The notes below the pieces were generated by a model that was given only the letters and a program-made list of their open reading frames with translations, was not told the DNA's origin and searched no databases. A stretch of DNA of 64,000 nt from Schmidtea polychroa (Eukaryota), in contig CM097887.1 in assembly GCA_044892525.1 (NCBI GenBank), positions 94,156,397 through 94,220,396 on the forward strand, read 5' to 3'. The number at the start of each line of letters is the position of its first letter. Positions within the stretch are counted from its first letter, which is position 1. The translations under genes were made by a program, and so were the position numbers. Positions 26,426 through 37,300 of this stretch are shown in pieces.

Positions 26426-27449
26426 TTGGACATGTCGTTGACCCATCTCTCATCCGACGCGATCAAGCTCAACAATCTTTATAAATGACTTAGATGATGC
26501 GTGTTTGTACTCTCCTACGTGTTGTGATTCTGCAATTTGTGTTCATATGTATCCTCAATTTCATTAATATAATCATAGTATTCGTTGTGTTGTCCCGTAA
26601 AAGTTATAGAGTGATGAGTTATGACTGGATAAATGAATTGGAATGACCATTGGAGAATGTGGGTCGTCCCCTTGGACCAGGGTCGTACCAAGAATGCATG
26701 GCGAGTATGGGTAAGACCTTCTTAGGCACCGGGGAACCTGAACTGAGAGTGGGTCCGTAGTAGTCCTAAGGCAGGGGCTCACCTGCGGATCAACTCCGAC
26801 CCGTGTGAGCAGCACCAACGTGGGTAGATCATCACGGGCTCACATGAGGGAATATTTGTAAATCATGCGGGTTATGTGGGGGAAGGGCCCCGAGCTAAAG
26901 GAACATGAGGCCAGCTGCACTACGAATGTCCGTTTGACTCCTCCCATATACGCCCAACATGATTTTTGGGGGCTCAGCCGGGATTATATTGATTTGTTTG
27001 ATTGTCTATTTTTGTGTTATGATGTGTTAGATTAACAATTTAATTAATTATGATAAAAAGGGAATCGGGGCTGAAACGAATTATAGTGCAATGAAATGAT
27101 ACGAACTGTCTGAGTTTGAAAGAGAGTATGTATGAATAAAAACGAACCTAAATGAGTTTGAATGAAAATAAGGTTGAATGAATGTGAAAGAGTGCGGTGA
27201 GAAAAGAAAACGGGAATCACTTATTTTGTTTAGTTTAATTTATTAAATTAAAAAGAGGGATGAAAGGAAGTAATGATAATAAAAGTAAATGATTAAAGTG
27301 AAAAATATGACGAGGGAATCCCAAGGATGGAATAAAATACAAAAGTTAGAAACATTAACAATAAAAGTCAAACGAAAATTAAATACCAACCTGACAATAT
27401 TATTAATAATACCCGCAAAACAAATAATAACAACACATTTTTTTTAGAT

Positions 27450-27929
27450 ATGTCGGAAGCTAGAAAACATCTACAACAGTTAAGCAGATTCATCGACATA
27501 GAAAACGATTCCCTAAAGACGTTAAGAGAAAAACTGCAACAAATAGAGACCCTAGAACAACAACGCCACGATGCACCTCTGATATCAAAACAAAATTATT
27601 TAACCAATAAACTGGGAGCAACAAACACCGATACCGACTTGTCTACCCATTACCAATGGATGCAGCAACGACTCGACGACCCCGCTCTGAACATCGAATA
27701 TGTGAGAATACGCGAACAAGTAAAAACTCTGTCTCAGAGAATACGAACATCGATAGTAGAGAAAGCAGCGGCCTTAAGAACTTGTAACATTTGTAAGACG
27801 CGACCTGCCAAAATTCTAATTCTACCTTGTGGACACCTTAGCCATTGTGACGAATGCGCCGTCGGTTTAACGCATTGTTCTTTATGTGTATGTGTGATAA
27901 AGGAGAAGCACACGATTTACTTCAGTTAG
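27450..27929 (+). CDS. Coiled-coil plus C-terminal IAP/MDM2-type C3HC4 RING protein (putative E3 ligase), no BIR seen
   Basis: CNICKTRPAKILILPCGHLSHCDECAVGLTHCSLCVCVIKEKHTIYFS at the extreme C-terminus. Confidence 0.85.
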   Translation: MSEARKHLQQLSRFIDIENDSLKTLREKLQQIETLEQQRHDAPLISKQNYLTNKLGATNTDTDLSTHYQWMQQRLDDPALNIEYVRIREQVKTLSQRIRTSIVEKAAALRTCNICKTRPAKILILPCGHLSHCDECAVGLTHCSLCVCVIKEKHTIYFS

Positions 27930-28509
27930 CACGCGATCAGCACTCGGTGAAAGAATTGATCTGATTGACGATTTGACTAAATCCTTTATGTTTAATTGAT
28001 GGGTCAATAATTTTTTAGTAAATGTGTATATTGCATGTGGCTTAAGCCAAATAATGAATAAAATGTTTTGTGTGTTCATTTTATTGTGAATTCAGTAACT
28101 TTATGATAATTTTCACCATGGAGAGAGAGCATCAATAAACTTAATTTAAACAAATAATATAAAGTGGAACTAGTCCCAACATAGGGTTAAAGGGGGAATA
28201 AACCGAGCCACCTTCGGGAGGTACGTTATACAAATGCCGTTTGGGAAGGGACAACCGATCACCCCGAGTAAGAGATGTAAGGCGAGGTACCATCGCGAAT
28301 ATTGAAAAGTTTCTACGGTATGGCTGATCACCATACCAATGTGGAAATGGATCAATGCGATCGTTTTGCGTTTTGAGCAAGGGGGGAAAGGGGAAAATAT
28401 TCTCAAGCGGTGAAGATTAGGTCGACAAATAAAGTAAAAAATAAAGGAGATGACAGTTTAGAATAAAAGGAGAGGAGGAAATAGAAGCATGCAGATCAGG
28501 AGATATTAA

Positions 28510-28872
28510 GGTCGAGTTGTTGAATAGTCCAACCGGTCAGAAGAAGAAGATTGAGCTGTGAATAGTGCCAGCCAGTCGTAAGATCGAGTTGTTGAATAGT
28601 CCAACCGGTCAGAAGAAGAAGATTGAGCTGTGAATAGTGCCAGCCAGTCGTAAGATCGAGTTGTTGAATAGTCCAACCGGTCAGAAGAAGAAGATTGAGC
28701 TGTGAATAGTGCCAGCCAGTCGTAAGATCGAGTTGTTGAATAGTCCAACCGGTCAGAAGGAAGAAGATTGAGCTGTTGAATAGTGCCAGCCAGTCGTAAG
28801 ATCGAGTTGTTGAATAGTCCAACCGGTCAGGAGAAGAAGATTGAGCTGTTGAAAAGTGCCAGCCAGTCGTAA
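28510..28872 (+). repeat. Five tandem copies of a 72-74-bp unit in the 5' leader region
   Basis: gatcgagttgttgaatagtccaaccggtcagaagaagaagattgagctgtgaatagtgccagccagtcgtaa repeated. Confidence 0.95.
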
Positions 28873-29548
28873 AGGCCTAAAGTAATAGTGAGATAGCATT
28901 TAAGCTACAAGTTGATAACATTTAAAAATTACGAGTGAGATAGAATATTAAAGCTAGCTAGAAGCAAATTGAGTTTGAAATATGGAATTTGAACTTAGAA
29001 AGGATCAAACAAGCTCGTAAAAGATGATAGTAAAATTCTTTTAGTAAAGAAGGAGAAAAAGGAAAAGGAAAATGAATTAAGAATAATAGAAACAAAGAAT
29101 AAGTATGAATAGAGAATGAATCAAAGAGGAAATAATTAATTAATTAAAGGGGATCCCAGGTAAGTAGACAAAAGTTCTACAGATTTTTTTTTTTGGTTTA
29201 AACCGGTTAAACGAATTTTGTTTTGGTTCCAGAGCAGAACCGAGTAAAAGGAAATAGAGATGAAAGATTAAATGAATAAGCGGAACCGCGCAAAAGGAGT
29301 AAGGAAAATGTGGGGGGTAATAAGCAGTAACTGACAACGACCTATCGATATTATAAATGCTAACTATAGATAATTTATACGACTATATAGATAATTGTTA
29401 CTACCCCAAATAGATAATTAAAAATCGACGAAAACTATGGGTTGATGGGTAATTATATTCCGCGGAGAAGTGTATGAGGGGAAATGAAGAGAAGCATAAC
29501 AGAGGCCCAAAAATGGTGTCTGTGCTTGAATGTGGTAAAAAGGAATGA

Positions 29549-29893
29549 TTGATTCGTGTAAGCAAATGCAACACGATATCATTGTTTCATTGTAGATACC
29601 CATCCAACCAAGTCAATTCAGAACCAGCTCAAAAGGAAGCCAGAGAATATACAAACAACCCAGGAAAAGCAATTCAGAACCCGCATAAAGAAAAACAAGC
29701 CAATCCGAACACGGAGGACGACAACGACATCTTTACCTACGACGGAATTATCGAAATATCTAGCATCGACGTAATAGCAGCAGTCAATCAAGGACTCAGA
29801 TATCTCCTCCGGAAATCAGCCGAGAAATTACGCGGAATATTCCTCGAAGGAAACACTATCAGAACCGAACTTGACCAATTCAGCAGCCGCTAA
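29549..29893 (+). CDS. Short ORF upstream of gag, possibly a disrupted N-terminal part of the polyprotein
   Basis: A-rich coding-like composition from ~29595; non-ATG start. The gag frame is itself open back to 29932. Confidence 0.3.
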   Translation: MIRVSKCNTISLFHCRYPSNQVNSEPAQKEAREYTNNPGKAIQNPHKEKQANPNTEDDNDIFTYDGIIEISSIDVIAAVNQGLRYLLRKSAEKLRGIFLEGNTIRTELDQFSSR

Positions 29894-30258
29894 CCGTAGA
29901 AAAATCCACGTGAAAAGACAGAAAAGAGTAAGAAAGAATCACGGATAAACCCAACCTTAGATCTTCAAGTAAGCCAGGAGACGTATTATTTTCAGGAGAC
30001 GAATTAGATCAACTCAAAAGAGGACGATCATTTAGGCAGCAGAGAGGAATATCACAAGGAGCAAAAAGACCCCACAAAACACCGATATACGATCCAGAAA
30101 ACCCCACAGCCAGACATACGCCCAGTCGATCTAGAAGTAGAGAAAGCCTATCCGATATAACAAACAACCTAACCGGGTCAACAGAAGAATTATCCGTCCA
30201 TAGTTTAGCTACATCGCTGGAAAATTTAAAAGGAATAATAGAGTTTCAAGAACCAATC

Positions 30259-33200
30259 ATGACGAATGTGGTAAAAACCGACGAATATAAAGAAAAATTT
30301 AGAGGCGAACCATTCAACGGGAATGCGAATAAGTTGGCAACGTTCATAACAAATTTTGAAGTCTATATCGATGTGTGTGGATGGACATCAGAAGCAATTA
30401 GCAAACGGATGCCGTTGTTTTTATGTGATAGCGCATTGGAAGTGTCTCTAGAAGCAAAAGAAAGAAATACGAAGTTAGACAATTGGGAAAGCATCAAAAC
30501 ATTTTTGAGAAAAACATTCGGAGCCAGCAAACCAATAAATCAAGCCCTAGGAGAATTAGCGAGTAGAAAACAAAGAGCAAATGAATCCATAACGTTGTAT
30601 GCGAGTGAATTGCGAAGATTGGCAAAGAAGGCCATGAACGGAAACTTGCCGGAGGAAAATTTAATTGGTTATTTCATAGAAGGACTGCGCCGAGAAGAGG
30701 TAAGGGCCTCGGTGGGATGTCAAATGTGTAAAACACTAGAGGAAGCCATAGATTGGGCCACGAGATGCGAACTCCACCTCCCGGCACAAATGAATGTCAT
30801 GCAAGAGGAAGGAAGAATCGCAACAGCAACGGTAAAAACTGAAAATGGAGAGAACAGCAATCATGAACCAAAAATGAATCAGTTTATACCCGGTGCGCAT
30901 CAAATTTTCAAACCACCGCAAGGACGATCAAATGGGAATAACAGTGAACGCAACAACCCGAACAATGGGAATAATTTTAATAATCGACGAAACACGAACG
31001 ATAACAAACAATGCCGAACATGCGGTAAACCAGGACATTGGGATAGAAATTGTTACCGAAACGCAAATTGCAATAGGTGTGGACGACGGGGACACACGGA
31101 AAATATATGCCAATTGAGAGGATGTTTTAATTGCGGTCAACCAGGTCATATCTCAAGAGACTGTCGAGAAAGGAGCCAACAACAACGACCACCACAGCGA
31201 AATAATAACTATGCACCAAATCCGCAACGACAAAGTAATCCTAGTGAGGGAAAGCAAATGAATGTGATGCAAGAAATTTCACAAATGAAGCAGATGATGC
31301 AACAAATGATGAGACCGAGACAAGAGCAAGTACCACAACAAACCCAGAATATACGCATGATGAGGAGCACCGAGAATCTTAACAACTATGAAGTACAACA
31401 ACATGCACAAGAATGGCAAAGACTACAAGCTGAAGAAGAGAGGATAAAAAGAGAGCGAATCCAGCAGCGACAAGAACAACCATTACGAATAAATATGATG
31501 AGAATGGTAAGGGAGATAAAAGAGCAATATTGTTACAATTACGGTAAAAATCCAAGAGTTGTACCTATGAGCGAACCAGAGAAACCGAAAGAAACAATTC
31601 CAGCAGCAAAAAAGGAAAATTCAACAACATCGCTAAAAGGAAATCAGAGAATTCAGAAAATATTTTGGAAAAAGATAAAAGATAAAATCGAAAGAGAAAA
31701 TGAGAAAACGAAAACAGAAGCAGAAGCGGAAAATAACGAAAATGAAAAACAGATTAATCATCTAAATCATGATATGATACGAGGATTAGACTCAGAGGAG
31801 CTAACGATACTCGAGAACAAAAAATTAAAGAAAGTACCAAGAATGAGAAATTTACGAATTAATATGATGAGGACAACAAAGAAGGTGTTGTCAACAGATG
31901 ACGATGAGGATTATGTGAGTAGCCTTGGTGGAGAAATGTTACAGTTAAATGAAAATATCGACCAACTAAGAGAAAAGATCGGAGCAGATGAGGATGAAAG
32001 TGAAAGCGACGTGACAAGCGAAAGCGAAGACGAGAATATCGAAATGAAATTGAGAAAAGAAAGAGAAGAAGCGATAAAACAAGTAAAGGAAATACTTCCA
32101 GTGGTGGTAAGAAACCAGGAATTCATTGACATCATACCATACAGACGCTTCACACAAAGGATAATGAAACTAGAAAGAAACGAAAAAGACCTAATACCAA
32201 ACGAGGAAAAAGCGATAATAAAGAAGTATATGGAAAAAATGAAACAAGCGGAGACAACACGCTATGTAATAAAAATCGGAACGAGCAAAGGACTCGAGAG
32301 AATATGGATAAAAAGTGCAGTTACAGACGATCTCTTCGATTGGATAAGAGAACATTTGGGCAGCTCGAGAAAGAAAGAATACCTGTATCAATATCAAGGA
32401 GAACAAATCAAACCAGACATGCACCTAATAGATGCATTGATCTGGCCAGGAGAAACTCAAATATTGAAATTGTATAAAGAGAAGCAACCAGCAAATATTC
32501 ACGAATGGGCTAAAGACGCCAAGGCCGAGTATGACTTTAACATCAAGCTGAAGCTGGAACAAATAAAACAATGCACCTTGCGACGAAATCTAGATAAGCT
32601 AATCAAACAAATTCAAGAACAAGTCGAAGATAACTGGGATTTACTCATAGCAAGACGAACTCCAGACATGCATGAACTAATGAGCCGATTACGAGATACA
32701 GAATTGCTCAGGATGAGCGATTGGAGAACCATAAATTTGATCCACAAATACGGAAGATTAAAAGAAACGCAACCGCAGAAATTAGAAATAACCATATGGT
32801 TACCAAATGAGGAGAAACGACGAATAAAGATGAGTAATCAGAGTACGGTGGATGACTTAGTAACCAAGATAAACCAAGAGATAACGGAAAAAGTACGAAG
32901 CGAGAGTAGCGACGGGATGATAGATGATGTAGTCATGATGTACGATAAAATAATATTACGGGCCGAAGACGACACCTCGCTAAGCGAAATAGGAATGTGG
33001 GATAATCATCAAATCATCAGAATATTGCCCATGGACGAATTCCGAACAAGAGATGTAACATACCAGAAAGAAATACGAGACAGGATGAAAACGCTATATC
33101 AAAAATCAGTAGAGATAATTGAAATTCATCAACAATGGCTGAAAGAAAAAGAGCTTCAAGGAAAATTAAAGAAACTGAGTACCAGATCCTGCAGACGAAC

Positions 33201-33972
33201 CCCATGGGAAAGGATGTGGAATGCGGAAAACAAAGAATGGGAAATCAGGAAAGGGATTTTCGTGGAAACAGACATTGGTGAGATAGAAAGCGAATCAGAA
33301 GAAGAGGAAGATGAACCTCCAAAATACGAAGAGGACGAAATAGAATCGACATCGAACGACGAAAGCGAAACGGATGTTACGTCAGAAAGTGAAACGGAAG
33401 CCAGGCATATTCATGCGATGAGAAAGAAGGAACGCGAATACGCCGACATAGACGGGGAAGAGGCAAAAGAAGCGAGAGAACGAGAAGAGAAGGAAAGATA
33501 TAAACAATTAGGTGATATCTTAGCAACGGGAGCAAAAAATCAAAAACGTCAAGTAATAACATTGGCTAACATCATCCTAAAGACATCAGAGGATATCCAC
33601 AATCTAAGAGAAATGGCGAAAGCGATTGAGGAATACCGACAATATAACGAATGGTACCCAGAACAGCTAGAACAAATTATTAGGAAATGGAGAAACCAGG
33701 AATGGGCACAAGATACCCAGGAAAGGTATCGTATCCGAGTCAAGCATCCCGACAAAAGCATTGAGGATATAGAAGTACATCCAACAACAAAGATCAGAGA
33801 GTTAAAAAAGAAATTAGCATACGAAACTCCATTTCACCTACAACTATTCGGAAAATCGTTGGATGATAATGCAGATGTCGGTATAACACCCATGAGATTG
33901 GGGGAGATCAATGTATTGACAATGGCAGAAACATTGGGAAAACCGATTAAAAAGGAAGAGCAAATCCAGTAA
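30259..33972 (+). CDS. gag: Extended Gag (1237 aa): retrotransposon capsid domain, 3 CCHC zinc knuckles, then acidic/coiled regions and three ubiquitin-like domains
   Basis: Capsid motifs W..IK..L...FG, KQ..NESI..Y..EL..LA and FIEGL. CX2CX4HX4C x3 at 31012-31164. UBL-like segments at ~32260-32478, ~32776-33030 and ~33724-33918. Confidence 0.92.
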   Translation: MTNVVKTDEYKEKFRGEPFNGNANKLATFITNFEVYIDVCGWTSEAISKRMPLFLCDSALEVSLEAKERNTKLDNWESIKTFLRKTFGASKPINQALGELASRKQRANESITLYASELRRLAKKAMNGNLPEENLIGYFIEGLRREEVRASVGCQMCKTLEEAIDWATRCELHLPAQMNVMQEEGRIATATVKTENGENSNHEPKMNQFIPGAHQIFKPPQGRSNGNNSERNNPNNGNNFNNRRNTNDNKQCRTCGKPGHWDRNCYRNANCNRCGRRGHTENICQLRGCFNCGQPGHISRDCRERSQQQRPPQRNNNYAPNPQRQSNPSEGKQMNVMQEISQMKQMMQQMMRPRQEQVPQQTQNIRMMRSTENLNNYEVQQHAQEWQRLQAEEERIKRERIQQRQEQPLRINMMRMVREIKEQYCYNYGKNPRVVPMSEPEKPKETIPAAKKENSTTSLKGNQRIQKIFWKKIKDKIERENEKTKTEAEAENNENEKQINHLNHDMIRGLDSEELTILENKKLKKVPRMRNLRINMMRTTKKVLSTDDDEDYVSSLGGEMLQLNENIDQLREKIGADEDESESDVTSESEDENIEMKLRKEREEAIKQVKEILPVVVRNQEFIDIIPYRRFTQRIMKLERNEKDLIPNEEKAIIKKYMEKMKQAETTRYVIKIGTSKGLERIWIKSAVTDDLFDWIREHLGSSRKKEYLYQYQGEQIKPDMHLIDALIWPGETQILKLYKEKQPANIHEWAKDAKAEYDFNIKLKLEQIKQCTLRRNLDKLIKQIQEQVEDNWDLLIARRTPDMHELMSRLRDTELLRMSDWRTINLIHKYGRLKETQPQKLEITIWLPNEEKRRIKMSNQSTVDDLVTKINQEITEKVRSESSDGMIDDVVMMYDKIILRAEDDTSLSEIGMWDNHQIIRILPMDEFRTRDVTYQKEIRDRMKTLYQKSVEIIEIHQQWLKEKELQGKLKKLSTRSCRRTPWERMWNAENKEWEIRKGIFVETDIGEIESESEEEEDEPPKYEEDEIESTSNDESETDVTSESETEARHIHAMRKKEREYADIDGEEAKEAREREEKERYKQLGDILATGAKNQKRQVITLANIILKTSEDIHNLREMAKAIEEYRQYNEWYPEQLEQIIRKWRNQEWAQDTQERYRIRVKHPDKSIEDIEVHPTTKIRELKKKLAYETPFHLQLFGKSLDDNADVGITPMRLGEINVLTMAETLGKPIKKEEQIQ

Positions 33973-33988
33973 ACCTACGAAAGGTAGC

Positions 33989-34240
33989 TTGAGTACACCA
34001 AGCCCTAACAAAGTGGCGAGTAAATCGAATAAAACCGAGGAAATCGAGGAAATTATATTGGAAGACAGCGATGAAGGAGCTGGAGAAAGATCACCAATTC
34101 TGGTAAGATGGCCGACAGGAGCCGAAATATGGACAACAAGCCAACCATCAACTAGCTATCAGCAGCCAAATAAGCTAAGTATCGAGGAGATTATCGATAA
34201 TACAACAGAAACCGAAACCGACGAACAATTCCAACGATAG
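33989..34240 (+). CDS. Linker ORF, in frame with the downstream polyprotein and separated from it by one TAG
   Basis: Same frame as the 34328 ORF. The frame is open from 33920, and 34241-34327 has no stop. Confidence 0.5.
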   Translation: MSTPSPNKVASKSNKTEEIEEIILEDSDEGAGERSPILVRWPTGAEIWTTSQPSTSYQQPNKLSIEEIIDNTTETETDEQFQR

Positions 34241-34327
34241 AAAGGACCAACGAAAGCAACACCAGAAGGTCAAACGGACAAAATAATAGACGAATGGAAC
34301 GAATGGCTGAGAAACAACGATAGCTCA

Positions 34328-37300
34328 TTGCCAAGAACGGATAATGAGAGAAACCCGAAGTATGAAACGACAAGAGAAGCCGGAACAATGATGGAAAAAC
34401 GGGCAAAAGGAAGACCTAGGAAGCAAGGAGAAAAACCAGAATTCAAAACTAGAGAACAACTGAAACAAGAACAAGGACAAGTCAGATTAGAGAAACTGGA
34501 TAAAATAGTGTGGGACTTAAAAGAAGCTCAACCAACAATCGAGAGAGGCGAAAAATGGATACGAGAGCTAGTAAAAGATATGCTAATAATAACGAACCCA
34601 CAATTGAGACGGTTATGGCAACGAAAAGTAGCAAGCGTAGATGCCAGGCAGCTATGGAATACAATATCCGGAATAATTCCGAAATTAATCAAAGAGAAGA
34701 CAAAAACCACTAAAACCGATTGGGAAGAGACAAGAAGAGTAATTGAACAATTAACTTTAAACGCAAACGACGACGAACATCATTTAGTAGTATTAACGTA
34801 TCTAATGTACAATTTGATGGGATTAGCAGCAAGGAAAATACCTAACAAACAATTCGCAAATCATGTAGAAATGACCGTTACAATCATTGAAAATACAATC
34901 GAACCACATATTATCCGCGCCGGTGGGTGGAAAAGACTCATACAAGCGCCACGAAAAAACGAGCAAGAGAGATCAATGCAAATTCGGTTGAAGAAATTGC
35001 TAAACGAGCTGGAATGGGAATTGCCATTGAAAGACCCAGCCAGCAGAAAAGCGTCGATTAATTCACTAATGATGACCATGATGATATGGATGCTCTGCAC
35101 CAATGGAGCCGCGGGATTTACTATTTACGACTGTGACAATTCGATAATAGGAGAAAGATACTCCCTGAGAGATATAGAGGAATGTAGACAGGCATCTCCG
35201 AATAAATTAGATATAGTAAAAAAGAAAGTCTCCTATCACGTATACCAAGAATCAGATTTCATTAGAACGCAAGCTAGAGAATGCGTAGTATCGAAGAAAG
35301 TGTTGGCATATTACTGTGGACAATACTCATATTCAACCCTTATATTACCGGGATTAGATAAAGAAATAGTACCTATACAACGGGAAGACTGTAAAGAACT
35401 TTTTAGAACCGGAGCGATGAGAATCAGGGATGGAGTAACCATACACGGACAAAGCGGAATGATCAAGACGGAAAGTATCTATGTAGCCGGACGGGTAAAA
35501 TCAACTGATGGATCATGTAACGGAGGCACATATACGATCAGAGGAGAAGTGATCTCGGGAGTAGTAGTAATTGAGTCCTACACAGTGGAGTTGAAGGAAT
35601 ACGAAGCACAATTCGACGCAAACAACTATCAAATGAAAACCAACCCAGCATGCAGAGCTACGGAAAACGTGTGTAGAACGGGAATTTCGACTATAATATA
35701 TGAAGCTAACACCCAAAAATGCCGACTGCAATTGTTAAAAAGTGCTCTATTCAATGAAGTAAAAGGAGAAATTTACGAAAACGAGGATGACGATGAAGAG
35801 AATGGGAACGTAAGGATGCAAAATGGGAAACCAGTCCCGCCATCCCCCAAAGAAAAGAGACTCACAACCCAAAAAACACCAACGGCATTAATTACAGATG
35901 ATCCGGACATCGGCATGAGATTCATTAGAGAAAAAGAGACCACCAAATGTGACAGCATAGTATATCGGACGAACTACGCAGGTATCTACATGTCAAGGCA
36001 AGTAATAGACCGAGCAGTGGGAAAGGTAGCAACAGAGGACGTAAAATTGTACCTGTACGCTAATAACAAAATGGACTTTTTATTTCATCGAGGACAAACG
36101 ACAATGCAAAAAGTGTATTACGATCTTATACAAAATGACTGTTCATTGAATAAAGAGATACTAAAAACAAAATTAGCTATCGCAATAACACACCCAGATA
36201 ACACAATGCCATCACTCCCGTTACCGGATGGACATTTTGGTAGAATGGTGGGAGAGGTAATGTATACATATGCATGTACCAAGACATTTGCGCGACTGCC
36301 AAGAAAGCCCACAATTCCACCAGGGAAATGTGCAAACGAATTAGAAATTAGCTACAAAGGGCGGAACAGATTCGTTCAACCCGTCACTCGAATCATGAAC
36401 CCAATTGGATTCTATCCGAACACCTTTAACTGTTCAAATGCATATGGACCGTTATATGAAAAACCCGATGGGAAATGGATAATGTTACCGGTAAAAACCG
36501 AAGTACAAGAACCTAAAAAGTTTGGATTAATAGAACTCGCAACAGAGCAAGACTTCAAACCAATTGATGTGTCAAAAGCGGGTATGTACTCACCAGAGGA
36601 TTTAGAAACGGCACGATTAAACGTATTATTCCCAGCAAGGCGAGAATCCATTCTATCAAATATGGTTACCATAACTGGGGGAACGAATTTCCAGTCAGGC
36701 CCCAATTACGAACTATTATTGTCACCCGATCATTTTCAACAAGCCACGTCAAACATGATGAAAGCAATGTGGGGAAGATTTCTAGTGTTCGGTCAAATGA
36801 TGGCAGGAATATTGGGAATCATCTTAATTATCCAGATTGTTAGAGTAATATTGACTCAAATGTTGGCGTGTTTTGATATCTATAAGAGAGAAAAGAAAGT
36901 AAATTGGAAGTTGATAGTAGGTTTTTTACCATTTTTGGCAAAAACAATGGTGTTACACGGTCATTCTAAAGATATACACAGAATAAAACGATTAATCAAA
37001 ATACTGACAAAAATAAAAGGGACCGACGAAGAAGTTGGCAGACGATTTCGGAAAACAATGTATGATGAGGCAACGAGAGCGCAACTGAAAAAGAACAAAC
37101 CAAAATTTTTGGACAGATTTAGAAATCGGTCAAACAGCAGCGATAGCGATGATGGCGACAACGGGAATGACAAATACCCATATCCAAGTAGAAACCCGAA
37201 TGAAAAGCCAATAGAAACAGCGCCATATTGGGAGAAAGAAAAAACAAATACCTGGATAGCCAACGGAAGTTACATACCACCAGATATCGTTGGACAACAA

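Noticed and set aside
28496-28822. Repetitive minus-strand ORFs MDYSTTRSYDW..
   Set aside because: By-product of the 72-bp tandem repeat; no independent support.
28510-28872. CRISPR-like array
   Set aside because: Units are contiguous identical repeats with no unique spacers; eukaryotic context, no cas genes.
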